Positions 11,123-19,807 of a stretch of DNA of 64,000 nt are shown here, one piece after another. The position numbers and the translations under genes are program-made. The notes under the pieces were generated by a model. That model was not told the origin of the DNA and did no database searches. It was given only the letters and a program-made list of their open reading frames with translations. The DNA comes from Gammaproteobacteria bacterium (lineage in GTDB: Bacteria > Pseudomonadota > Gammaproteobacteria > Coxiellales > Coxiellaceae): assembly GCA_013287505.1 (NCBI GenBank), contig JABDDR010000001.1:17931-81930 (forward strand). The letters are read 5' to 3'. How positions within the stretch are numbered: position 1 is the first letter of the stretch; every line of letters begins with the position of its first letter.

Positions 11123-11153
11123 GTAAATATCAACCTTTGTGTTATGTATGAAG

Positions 11154-11235
11154 TACGAGAGGAGAGACTCGAACTCTCACGGGTTACCCCGCTGGAACCT
11201 AAATCCAGTGCGTCTACCAATTCCGCCACTCTCGC
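11154..11235 (-). tRNA. tRNA-Leu (anticodon TAG)
   Basis: Reverse complement GCGAGAGTGGCGGAATTGGTAGACGCACTGGATTTAGGTTCCAG...GAGAGTTCGAGTCTCTCCTCTCGTA folds as a cloverleaf with a long variable arm. The anticodon loop is TTTAGGT. Confidence 0.9.
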
Positions 11236-11362
11236 CAATGAAAGCCGACTATTGAACACCATATCTGCAAATTTCACAAGTACTTTACTGATTTGCAAAC
11301 GGACCCACATGCTTTATACTCAAAGTAAATCAATGGGATAATTCATCCTCAAGGAAACGCAT

Positions 11363-12268
11363 ATGAGTTCAGATCTCATAGCAGTACATAAGGATTATTT
11401 TTATGATATGCCCATCGATTTATTTTGTGTGATTGACGTTGCCTCCCAAAAAATTATTCAGGCAAATCCCTCGTTTGAGTATATTCTTGGTTGGAAGCCC
11501 GAAGAAATCACGAACCAACCGTTCAATAACTTCGTCAATGCGGAAAGTGACGCTCCGGGTATTGACAAAGCTTTCTCAAAAATTAAACTGGGCGTTCATT
11601 CACTGACATTTGAAACTGAATTTCGCACCAAAAATAATCTCATCAGAAATATCGACTGGAAGTGCTACATCGATGATGAACAACAAAACGTATTTGCCAT
11701 TGGTCGCGATATCACTGCGCATAAAGAAACAGAAAAAACATTGGCTCAGCAATCACTGATTGACGCGACGACAGGCATTAATAATCGACAATCTTTTTTT
11801 ACACTTCTGCAAAATGAATTGAGCAGCGCGGTACGCTATCATCATTCGACTTCAATCATCATAATTGATATTGATCATTTTAAAAATTATAACGAGAATT
11901 TTGGTCTTCAAAAAGGCGATCATTGCTTAAAACAAGTCGCTAGCGCATTAAAAACCTCTTTGCGTCGAAAAACGGATTTTTTAGCACGCCTTGAGAATGA
12001 TACATTTGTTGTTCTGCTTTCTCATAATGATCTAGAAAAAGCAATTAAGTCCGCGGAATATTTGCGCGCCACACTTGAAAAATTATCGGTTCGTCCAGAC
12101 GATACTACGGGACACCAACCAATCACGATTTCACTGGGTGTTGTTGCTATTCCAGAAACATCAGAAACAGAAATATCCTGTGATCGCTTTTTAGGTGCGG
12201 CGATGCGCGCATTGAGCGTGAGTCAGAGTCGCGGTGGTAATCAAGTCAATTATATTAAGGAGATTTAA
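11363..12268 (+). CDS. PAS domain protein with degenerate GGDEF domain
   Basis: The GGDEF-domain scaffold DIDHFKNYNENFGLQKGDHCL is present, but the signature position reads RLENDTF instead of RxGGDEF. Confidence 0.8.
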   Translation: MSSDLIAVHKDYFYDMPIDLFCVIDVASQKIIQANPSFEYILGWKPEEITNQPFNNFVNAESDAPGIDKAFSKIKLGVHSLTFETEFRTKNNLIRNIDWKCYIDDEQQNVFAIGRDITAHKETEKTLAQQSLIDATTGINNRQSFFTLLQNELSSAVRYHHSTSIIIIDIDHFKNYNENFGLQKGDHCLKQVASALKTSLRRKTDFLARLENDTFVVLLSHNDLEKAIKSAEYLRATLEKLSVRPDDTTGHQPITISLGVVAIPETSETEISCDRFLGAAMRALSVSQSRGGNQVNYIKEI

Positions 12269-12276
12269 AATCCCCC

Positions 12277-12316
12277 CGGTTCGCTAAAGCGAACCGACCC
12301 CCTTTTTCAAAGGGGG
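12277..12316 (+). terminator. Two tandem stem-loops after the PAS-GGDEF gene
   Basis: cggttcgc-taaa-gcgaaccg (12277-12296) and ccccc-tttttcaaa-ggggg (12298-12316) lie immediately after the stop at 12268. The T-tract is weak. Confidence 0.45.
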
Positions 12317-12343
12317 TTATCGCTCCTAAGACCTTCGAACATT

Positions 12344-12518
12344 GTAACAGCTCAGTGCGCCATACTTTGAGCACGTAAAACGTCAATTTTTGTCGAGGTT
12401 GTGTGGAAAAATTTTTTAAAAAGCGGAGCATACACGCTAGTATGTGAGCATTTTTAAAAAATTTTTACGCGCAAGATCGGCAAAAAGTGGCGTTTCCAGC
12501 TACAGAGTGATCTGTTAC
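12344..12518 (+). mobile_element. 175-bp MITE-like palindromic element, copy 1
   Basis: Termini are GTAACAG...CTGTTAC and the whole element is a long imperfect palindrome. It is flanked by the direct repeat cgaacatt (12336-12343 and 12519-12526). A near-identical copy sits at 52631-52805. Confidence 0.8.
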
Positions 12519-13117
12519 CGAACATTTCGAACCACAAACCGCGCTATTTTATTAACTATCATATGGGCTGCTAAATTGGTTGCCATCACACCACTATAAG
12601 GATTATTTTCTGCGCAAGGCACAACCGTTTCAAAAACACGATTCGTCACCACTTGTCCCGTTACCGTATTAATTAATGTCACTTCCATTTCTAATCGCAC
12701 CACACTTTGTGGTCGCAAAAATTCTTGCTGCAGTACTAATAAACGCGTACTGAGTTGATAATCCGTACCACCTACAAAAGGAGAGGTAACAACTGCATGA
12801 AAATAATGTGTTGCGCGCAGTTGATTTGCAATGAGTGGCAACAATAATTCTGCAGGCGGCGCAACCCAAGCATGATCACTAAATGGCTCTAATTGATAAG
12901 GGGTGATTTCATATATCATTTGTGACGATCCGTATCCTGGCGAAGCTGTCGGCTCAGTCACAAATAAAGTTTTGTGAGATAATGCATGGCGCGAACGACC
13001 TATTTTTTTAACGTGATTTGTAATGGTGTACGTTGAGACGTACGCTGTTTTTATCGGCGATAAAGAGCAACTCGATAAAATGATACTCAGAAATAAAATA
13101 ACGATTATCGCTTTCAT
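12515..13117 (-). CDS. ABC-type transport auxiliary lipoprotein (DUF330/YmbA-like)
   Basis: Lipobox ILSSC after a signal peptide. It is the last gene of a permease-ATPase-MCE-lipoprotein operon. Its stop codon TAA lies in the MITE terminus. Confidence 0.65.
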   Translation of the reverse strand: MKAIIVILFLSIILSSCSLSPIKTAYVSTYTITNHVKKIGRSRHALSHKTLFVTEPTASPGYGSSQMIYEITPYQLEPFSDHAWVAPPAELLLPLIANQLRATHYFHAVVTSPFVGGTDYQLSTRLLVLQQEFLRPQSVVRLEMEVTLINTVTGQVVTNRVFETVVPCAENNPYSGVMATNLAAHMIVNKIARFVVRNVR

Positions 13118-13127
13118 TATAACTCCT

Positions 13128-13841
13128 TCACTCCCCTGGTCCTTTCCTGGCCGGTTGTTTTCCTCTGACCAGCATACTTGGATTCTTTTGCAGTTCAGTG
13201 GTAAATTGATTCACGCTATACAATGTACTACTCATAGAATGTAATGCTTGAGAGAAATTTTCAGAATTATTCGACAATGCCTGAGTCACTGCCGAAATAT
13301 TTTTTAATGATGCCTTGATTGATTTCTGATTTTGCTCATCCAACACTTTTCCAATGCTAACACTTAACCGCTTAATTTGCTCCGCTACTTCTGGCAATGA
13401 TTCACTTAATTGCGTTAAAAATGAGGGTTTGGATGGAATGATTGGCAATGGTTGTCCTGGCAACGCTAAAAGTGGTGGCGCATCTTCTGTTCCCGCTTTT
13501 AAATTGACATACACAACGCCGGTCACACCCTGCATATTCAAAACCGCATAGGTGCTTGTTGAAATGGGCGTGCCTTCTTCAATTGCCAAAATGATCTTCA
13601 CTAATTTTGGCCTACTGGGATCTAGGTGAACCGATTTTACATATCCCACTTTTACGCCATTAAAACGCACAGGGCTTTCTACGGCTAAACCGGATACGTC
13701 TTCAGTCATATGCACCATGTAATTATGATATTTTTTGCCATGTGCAATCGTGCTCAACCAAATAATCATGATAACCAGGCAAAAACTAAGCGTAACTACA
13801 AAAATGCCAACGGCAGTATAATTTACTTTACTTTGCATCAC
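13128..13841 (-). CDS. MCE/MlaD-family substrate-binding protein
   Basis: Single N-terminal TM segment, then an MCE-domain pattern (VRFNGVKVGYVKSV). Operon context supports the call. Confidence 0.8.
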   Translation of the reverse strand: MMQSKVNYTAVGIFVVTLSFCLVIMIIWLSTIAHGKKYHNYMVHMTEDVSGLAVESPVRFNGVKVGYVKSVHLDPSRPKLVKIILAIEEGTPISTSTYAVLNMQGVTGVVYVNLKAGTEDAPPLLALPGQPLPIIPSKPSFLTQLSESLPEVAEQIKRLSVSIGKVLDEQNQKSIKASLKNISAVTQALSNNSENFSQALHSMSSTLYSVNQFTTELQKNPSMLVRGKQPARKGPGE

Positions 13842-14595
13842 TCACCTCTTTGCCGCGATGCCCGCTAAAATAATCTCGTATGGCGGGATGTTTATTTTCC
13901 TCGAGTTTTTCCATTGTTTGATCTGCCAGCACTTTTCCTTCACCTAAAAAAAGGACTCGATCAGGCACATAACGCAACGATTCCAGATCGTGTGTCACCA
14001 TAACGAAAGTTAATCCTAAATTTTTGCGCATATCCAGTATTAATTCATCCAAATCGCTGGCACTTTTTGGATCTAATCCCGTGGTCGGTTCATCTAAAAA
14101 AATTAATTCGGGATCCAGTGCAATCGCACGCGCCAATGCGGCACGTTTTTTCATGCCGCCACTTAACTCAGCAGGATATTTAAAAGCCGCCTCTGGTTCC
14201 AATCCACTCAACCCAATTTTTAATCTCGCCAATTTTTTTTTAGCTTGTAATGATAGCGTGGAGTATTCATTTAACACATACATCACATTTTCAAAAACTG
14301 TCAACGAACTGAATAATGCGCCGCCTTGAAACATCACACTCCATCGTTTTTGCACAGATAATAATTGCGCTTCATTCGCGGTCATCACGTTAATACCAAA
14401 AACAGAAATAGCGCCGGAAGTCGGTGTCATTAATTGCAAAATACTGCGCAATAAAGTCGTTTTTCCACAACCACTGCCACCAATAATGGCAACAATTTCG
14501 CCTTGTTTTATCGAAAAATTAATATCTTGGTGGACCCATTTTCCACCGAGGTAATTTTTGAGATGTTGTACTTCTATGATTGATTCGGAGTTCAT
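13828..14595 (-). CDS. ABC transporter ATP-binding protein (MlaF-like)
   Basis: Walker A GGSGCGKTT, signature LSGGMKKR and Walker B LIFLDEPT. The start is set at MNSESIIEV (ATG 14595) because the upstream 27 codons of the ORF are encoded by REP repeats. Confidence 0.85.
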   Translation of the reverse strand: MNSESIIEVQHLKNYLGGKWVHQDINFSIKQGEIVAIIGGSGCGKTTLLRSILQLMTPTSGAISVFGINVMTANEAQLLSVQKRWSVMFQGGALFSSLTVFENVMYVLNEYSTLSLQAKKKLARLKIGLSGLEPEAAFKYPAELSGGMKKRAALARAIALDPELIFLDEPTTGLDPKSASDLDELILDMRKNLGLTFVMVTHDLESLRYVPDRVLFLGEGKVLADQTMEKLEENKHPAIRDYFSGHRGKEVSDAK

Positions 14596-14603
14596 AATAA
14601 TCC

Positions 14604-14664
14604 ATGAGACGCGATAAGCTATGAGACGCGATAAACTATGAGACGCGATAAATCGCGTCTCTAC
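14604..14664. repeat. REP-like tandem half-site array (3 units of 17 bp, last one a full palindrome)
   Basis: atgagacgcgataagct / atgagacgcgataaact / atgagacgcgataaatcgcgtctctac. It fills the spacer between the permease stop (TAG 14661-14663, inside the repeat) and the ATPase start. Confidence 0.85.
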
Positions 14665-15794
14665 AAATCCATCCAATTAAACAAAATAGAAAACAATCCA
14701 TCCGCCAAAATAATCATAAATATCGCTTGCACAGCTGCTTTTGTTGTTCTTTCACCCACACTTTGTGCGCTACCTGATGCTTGCAATCCCTGATAACAAC
14801 CAATACCTGCGATAATTAATGCAAATACCGGTGTTTTTACGAGACCCAAATAAAAATGTTTAATAGCGACTGTTTCTTTAAAACGCTCTAAAAATGCGTG
14901 AAAACCAATACCTATCATACTTTTTGAAATGATCATACTGCCAAAAACACCAAAAATATCACCCCACACGACAAGTAATGGCAATGCAATTAACAATCCT
15001 AATATCTTGGGCAACACCAAACGTTCAATTGGTGATAAACCCATTGTGCGTAGCGCGTCTACTTCTTCATTCACTTTCATGGTTCCAATTAAAGCTGCAA
15101 AAGATGTGCTGGTACGTCCTGCAATAATGACTGAGCAAATCAGTGGTGAAAATTCACGTAAAATCGATACGCCCGATAAATCGACGATATAAACATCGGC
15201 ACCATACACTCGCAATTGCACACCCAATTGATAAGCAACCACCACGCCGATCAAAAGCATCATGACGGCAATAATCGGCAGTGCGCCATAACCGCCCACT
15301 TCAATTTCATAAATCATTGAGCGCAGTTGTAAACGAACGGGATTGGTGATCATTTCAAAAAGGCGCACAAATACTTCGCCTAAAAAAGCAAACGCGAACA
15401 ACATATGTTGGTAATTTTCAACAGTACTTTTTCCAACGCGATAAAATAAATTATAATGTGGCGGCGTTAGCGCTACTTTTTCAATTTTTGCCGATTCATT
15501 CGCAACCACTTTCAAAACCGATTGAAATTTTTCCTGTAATCCAGAAATGGTGATGGCGGGATTTGTCTTTAATAATTTTTGCTGAAGGGAATAAAATAAA
15601 AATGCGCCTGCAGTATCCATTGCAGTAATTTTACTGGCATCAATCGTTTTTATTTTAGGGATTTTGTGATGAGCGCTGAACTGTTGGTACCATGCATCTG
15701 CATCATGCAGTTGGTTATTCAACCAGCTGCCCTTCAGCAGCATACTATCACCTGCGTTATTCAGCTCGATGGAGGCTGAGTCCTTGCGAAGCAT
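14661..15794 (-). CDS. MlaE-family ABC permease with N-terminal STAS-like extension
   Basis: C-terminal MlaE-type TM core (for example GRTSTSFAALIGTMKVNEEVDAL). ATG at 15794 is preceded by AAGGA. The ORF-track start at 15833 is a TTG. Confidence 0.8.
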   Translation of the reverse strand: MLRKDSASIELNNAGDSMLLKGSWLNNQLHDADAWYQQFSAHHKIPKIKTIDASKITAMDTAGAFLFYSLQQKLLKTNPAITISGLQEKFQSVLKVVANESAKIEKVALTPPHYNLFYRVGKSTVENYQHMLFAFAFLGEVFVRLFEMITNPVRLQLRSMIYEIEVGGYGALPIIAVMMLLIGVVVAYQLGVQLRVYGADVYIVDLSGVSILREFSPLICSVIIAGRTSTSFAALIGTMKVNEEVDALRTMGLSPIERLVLPKILGLLIALPLLVVWGDIFGVFGSMIISKSMIGIGFHAFLERFKETVAIKHFYLGLVKTPVFALIIAGIGCYQGLQASGSAQSVGERTTKAAVQAIFMIILADGLFSILFNWMDL

Positions 15795-15856
15795 GAGACG
15801 TCCTTGTAAACATGAATTCCGGATAAAAAACAATTATATCACAAGCAAAAATGAGG

Positions 15857-15930
15857 GGTGGACGATGGGATTCGAACCCACGACGACCAGAGTCACAGTC
15901 CGGGGCTCTACCAACTGAGCTACGTCCACC
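15857..15930 (-). tRNA. tRNA-His (anticodon GTG)
   Basis: Reverse complement GGTGGACGTAGCTCAGTTGGTAGAGCCCCGGACTGTGACTCTGG...GGGTTCGAATCCCATCGTCCACC, with the extra G-1 typical of tRNA-His. Confidence 0.9.
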
Positions 15931-15949
15931 ATGATACCTGTTTTGAATG

Positions 15950-16023
15950 TGCGCCCGACAGGACTCGAACCTGTTACCCCCGGCTTAGAAGGCCGGTGCT
16001 CTATCCGGATGAGCTACGGGCGC
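15950..16023 (-). tRNA. tRNA-Arg (anticodon TCT)
   Basis: Reverse complement GCGCCCGTAGCTCATCCGGATAGAGCACCGGCCTTCTAAGCCGG...ACAGGTTCGAGTCCTGTCGGGCGCA. Confidence 0.9.
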
Positions 16024-16034
16024 AGGTCGGTCCA

Positions 16035-16199
16035 GCAATTCTGAACACAGGAATTTCCATTTTTGGGTGATCTTGGATGATAATTTGATAAGAAAATGCT
16101 CACATACTGCGTGTATGCTCCGTTTTTCTTACCAAATTATCATTCAATCTCACCTCAAAACTGAAAATTCTCTTAGATTCTCATTTCGCGGAGAATTGC
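16035..16199. repeat. 165-bp long imperfect palindrome sharing the core of the 175-bp MITE
   Basis: The arms gcaattct...gatgataatttgataagaaaa and tttttcttaccaaattatcattc...agaattgc pair. The central tgctcacatactgcgtgtatgctccg matches the reverse complement of the MITE core except for a 2-nt difference. It lies between tRNA-Arg and tRNA-Pro. Confidence 0.7.
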
Positions 16200-16224
16200 C
16201 GAGATCAGTCTTTACATTCAATAA

Positions 16225-16298
16225 TCGGGGTAGAGGGATTCGAACTCTCGACATCCTGCTCCCAAAGCAGGCGCGCTACCAGACTGCGCTATACCCCG
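16225..16298 (-). tRNA. tRNA-Pro (anticodon TGG)
   Basis: Reverse complement CGGGGTATAGCGCAGTCTGGTAGCGCGCCTGCTTTGGGAGCAGG...GAGAGTTCGAATCCCTCTACCCCGA. Confidence 0.9.
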
Positions 16299-16505
16299 AA
16301 AGAAATGAATAATACGTTGCAGTAATGCACACGTCAACAAGAAAAATATTCAGGAAGATGTCATGTCGTTTTGATGTTGCTGCAGAAGATAGCCTCAATT
16401 GAAATCTTTAACACTACTCTATTTAACATAACATATCTCTCAACATAACATACCCCGTTTTTTTACGTTATACTAAGGCTAAAATACAAGGAAGGAGTAT
16501 TGATT

Positions 16506-17660
16506 ATGCAAGTAGAAACATTGCAGTACCTGCCAGAAACAGGTTGGTCAAAACCTGTTTTTCCTGATCTTGACTCCGAAAATACATTAATCTTTTTGTT
16601 TTGTGCGCCTCAATTTTTCAAAGACCCTACTCAGATTAAAGAACTTTCAAAACATTATCCAGAATCAAAAATAATCGGTTGCTCCACTGCTGGTGAAATT
16701 TATGGCCCCACTGTTTCAGATAATAGTATTTCCGTTGCTATTATTAAATTTGAAAAAACAACAATCAAATTAATTATAAGCACTGCAAATGACACGACAG
16801 AAAGTTTTAAAGCAGGAGAAGAAATTGCACAAAAATTAAATGGAGAAAAGTTAGCGGGTATTTTTGTTTTGTCAGAAGGATTAAAAATTAACGGATCTGA
16901 ATTGGTAAAAGGCTTAAATTCGATTTGTCGTGATCAAGTTGTCATAACAGGTGGTTTAGCGGGTGACGGCGCTCGATTTAGAGAAACACAGATAATTGAA
17001 AATGGTAATTTCTATTCAGGCAAGGTGGTTTCAGTGGGATTTTACGGAGACCATATTCAATTGGGCCATGGATCTAAAGGCGGTTGGGATATTTTTGGTG
17101 TAGAGCGTCATATCACACGTTCAAAAAATAATATTCTATATGAGCTCGATGGAAAACCAGCTTTAGAATTATATAAAGAATATCTTGGTGATAAATCTAC
17201 GGATTTACCTGCAAGCGGATTATTATTTCCATTAGCAATTCGAAAGGATGCTTCAGATACAAAGCGATTGGTGCGCACCATTCTCGGTATAGATGAAAAA
17301 GAAAGTGCCTTAATATTTGCAGGTGATATGCCACAAGGTTATTTAGCCCAATTAATGCGGGCTAATTTCGATCGTTTAATAACGGGCGCAACAGAGGCTG
17401 GAAAATTGGTGCTGGAATCAAATGGATTACTCAAAGAAAATACCGGACCTATTTTAATTGTTGCAGTGAGTTGTGTCGGTAGAAAATTATTATTGGGTGA
17501 ACGCACAGAAGAAGAAACGGATAGCGTTTTAAATATATTTCCAAAGGACACAAAAATGGTGGGGTTTTATTCCTACGGTGAGTTATCACCTTACGCAAAA
17601 GGGAATTGTGATTTGCATAATCAAACCATGACATTAACATCTTTTTCTGAAAGAGAATAA
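16506..17660 (+). CDS. FIST-N/FIST-C domain sensory protein (stand-alone)
   Basis: IIGCSTAGEI and the C-terminal FYSYGELSP are typical of FIST proteins. AGGAG lies 8 nt upstream of ATG 16506. Confidence 0.7.
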   Translation: MQVETLQYLPETGWSKPVFPDLDSENTLIFLFCAPQFFKDPTQIKELSKHYPESKIIGCSTAGEIYGPTVSDNSISVAIIKFEKTTIKLIISTANDTTESFKAGEEIAQKLNGEKLAGIFVLSEGLKINGSELVKGLNSICRDQVVITGGLAGDGARFRETQIIENGNFYSGKVVSVGFYGDHIQLGHGSKGGWDIFGVERHITRSKNNILYELDGKPALELYKEYLGDKSTDLPASGLLFPLAIRKDASDTKRLVRTILGIDEKESALIFAGDMPQGYLAQLMRANFDRLITGATEAGKLVLESNGLLKENTGPILIVAVSCVGRKLLLGERTEEETDSVLNIFPKDTKMVGFYSYGELSPYAKGNCDLHNQTMTLTSFSERE

Positions 17661-17802
17661 CCCTTGCAGTCTGTCACATATTCCGACTCCTTTTTGATAC
17701 AAGTACATATTACATAAATATTTAACTTGTTTGTTTCTCTTTTAAATTTTAAACTTTTCTGCCCATTTTTCGATAATAGATACCATAATAACGGATAAGA
17801 TA

Positions 17803-18933
17803 ATGTCTAACACACTCTTGCTGGCAAAACAACTCATCAACATCGCATCTATCACACCCAACGATAATGGTTGTCAAAAATTATTAATTGACCGATTAGA
17901 AAAAATCGGTTTTCAGATCACATTATTAAATTCCAATGGCGTCAGTAATTTTTTTGCCATTCGCGGTCATGATGACAAAAAATGTTTTGCTTTTTCAGGT
18001 CACACAGATGTAGTGCCACCCGGTGATATCAGCGAATGGCATTCACCCCCTTTTGAAGCGACAATTCGCGATGAAAAATTATATGGTCGTGGTGCGGCTG
18101 ACATGAAAACCGCACTCGCGGCAATGATTGTTGCCACCGAACGTTTTATAAAAAATCATCCTAATCACACAGGAAAAATAGGCTTTTTAATCACGAGTGA
18201 TGAAGAAGGCAATGCATTAGATGGCACCAAAAAAATTGTCGAGTATTGTCAAAAAAATAATATGACGATTCATTATTGTTTGGTCGGTGAGGCCAGTAGC
18301 AATAAACAATTAGGCGATGTGATTAAAGTGGGTCGTCGTGGATCATTGCATGGTGAGCTCACCGTCTATGGAAAACAAGGGCATATTGCCTATCCCCACT
18401 TAGCAATTAATCCCATTCATCGCAGTTTTCAAGCATTGGATCACTTAACAAAAATAGAATGGGATCAAGGCAACGCATTATTTTCACCCACGAGTTTTCA
18501 AATTTATAATATTAATGCTGATACCGGCGCAAATAATATTATTCCCGGTTCATTAACGGCGCGTTTTAATTTTCGTTATTGTCCTGAAAGCACGGCAGAA
18601 TCGTTACAAAAACGCACGGCGCAAGTGTTTGATGATCATCAATTGCAATATACGATTCATTGGAATGACTCTAGTCAACCATTTCACAGCAAGGAAGGTT
18701 TATTAACAAAAGCATGCTGTGAAGCGATAGAGAACTTATGTAACATTACAACAGTACCCAATACCACGGGCGGCACATCCGATGGCAGATTTATTGCGCC
18801 GATGGGCACTGAAGTTGTTGAGCTTGGTTTGCGTAATGAAAGCATTCATCACGTCGATGAAAATACAGATCTGGATGATTTGGAAAAATTAACGGATTTG
18901 TATGAAAATATATTGGAAAGAATGATTATATAA
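17803..18933 (+). CDS. dapE: Succinyl-diaminopimelate desuccinylase
   Basis: M20 motifs [18 protein letters not shown] and ITSDEEG. Length is 376 aa. Confidence 0.92.
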   Translation: MSNTLLLAKQLINIASITPNDNGCQKLLIDRLEKIGFQITLLNSNGVSNFFAIRGHDDKKCFAFSGHTDVVPPGDISEWHSPPFEATIRDEKLYGRGAADMKTALAAMIVATERFIKNHPNHTGKIGFLITSDEEGNALDGTKKIVEYCQKNNMTIHYCLVGEASSNKQLGDVIKVGRRGSLHGELTVYGKQGHIAYPHLAINPIHRSFQALDHLTKIEWDQGNALFSPTSFQIYNINADTGANNIIPGSLTARFNFRYCPESTAESLQKRTAQVFDDHQLQYTIHWNDSSQPFHSKEGLLTKACCEAIENLCNITTVPNTTGGTSDGRFIAPMGTEVVELGLRNESIHHVDENTDLDDLEKLTDLYENILERMII

Positions 18934-19005
18934 ACTTGATTTCGCAGTTTTTTGTCATTGCTTACAAAAATCAAAGAATCACTGAGCGTAACGTTTCTGC
19001 TGGCT

Positions 19006-19107
19006 ATATAGTTCAGAAGCCGAGCGTTAGCGAATGCGAAAGGTTGGTCGAAGAGTGATTGTTTTACAGGCTTTCGCATTCGCTAACGCTCGGCTTCTAA
19101 ACTATAT
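19006..19107. repeat. Long hairpin: 37-bp arms with 1 mismatch, 28-nt loop
   Basis: atatagttcagaagccgagcgttagcgaatgcgaaag (19006-19042) pairs with ctttcgcattcgctaacgctcggcttctaaactatat (19071-19107). It explains the shared FAFANARLLNY peptide in two opposite-strand ORFs. Confidence 0.85.
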
Positions 19108-19166
19108 GACAAAAACGAGCGGTGGCGTAGTTGGTTTATTTTCAAATAACACTCCAAAGGATATGC

Positions 19167-19733
19167 ATGGATTCTTTTTTACGATCATTATCTCACTCTT
19201 TAGATCAATTAAGAGCGCATCTACCTCTCACTGTTGGCTTTATCGCATTATTATTTGCCATTCAAATCATCAATTTTATCCTGCGATACCGTTTAAATAT
19301 TTTAGGTATCTGGCCCAGAAAAATGTTTGGCTGGATCGGAATCCCCTTTTCGCCCTTTTTACATGGCAATTTATCACATTTAATTTTTAACATGGTGCCG
19401 CTGTTTATTTTTTCTAATTTAATTTTATTGCAGGGTGAAAAAATATTTTTTAAAGTATCGGTGATTATTATTATTTTATCGGGATTGCTGATTTGGGCTT
19501 TTGCGCGCAAAGGTATACACATCGGCGCGAGCAGTTTAATCATGGGTTATTTGGGATTTATTTTAATCGGTATTTATCATAAGCCGAATTATCAATCAGT
19601 CATTGTCGGCATTGCCTGTATTTATTATTTTGCAGGACTCTTTTCAAGTTTGCTGCCGCAAAAAGATAAGCAAATTTCGTGGGAAGGCCATTTATTTGGA
19701 TTTATTGCTGGTGTTGTGGCAGCGTTTTTGTAA
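19167..19733 (+). CDS. Rhomboid-family intramembrane serine protease
   Basis: Polytopic, with the catalytic Ser motif GASSLIMG and His motif GHLFGFIAG. ATG 19167 is preceded by AAGGA. Confidence 0.8.
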   Translation: MDSFLRSLSHSLDQLRAHLPLTVGFIALLFAIQIINFILRYRLNILGIWPRKMFGWIGIPFSPFLHGNLSHLIFNMVPLFIFSNLILLQGEKIFFKVSVIIIILSGLLIWAFARKGIHIGASSLIMGYLGFILIGIYHKPNYQSVIVGIACIYYFAGLFSSLLPQKDKQISWEGHLFGFIAGVVAAFL

Positions 19734-19807
19734 GAAATGGTGCCACGTTTCACGCGCACCCTACCGGGCTGAAGTATCCCCATAAATTTTGAATTGTCGT
19801 GAACTTC

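Noticed and set aside
11108-11341. ORFs overlapping tRNA-Leu on both strands, and likewise 15858-16070 and 16067-16312 over the His/Arg/Pro tRNAs
   Set aside because: They cover canonical tRNA cloverleaf sequences and palindromic spacer DNA, and have no coding features.
14596-14676. N-terminal 27 codons of the ORF-track version of the MlaF-like ATPase (MDGFVETRFIASHSLSRLIAYRVSWII)
   Set aside because: They are encoded entirely by the REP half-site array, and the same VETRFIAS peptide arises wherever the repeat is read in that frame. A normal ATG (14595) sits just before the conserved ATPase N-terminus, so this is treated as non-coding.
18849-19390. ORFs 18849-19079 (minus) and 19034-19390 (plus) sharing the peptide FAFANARLLNY
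   Set aside because: They are mirror-image products of the 37-bp inverted repeat. The plus ORF is also out of frame with, and overlaps, the well-supported rhomboid gene.
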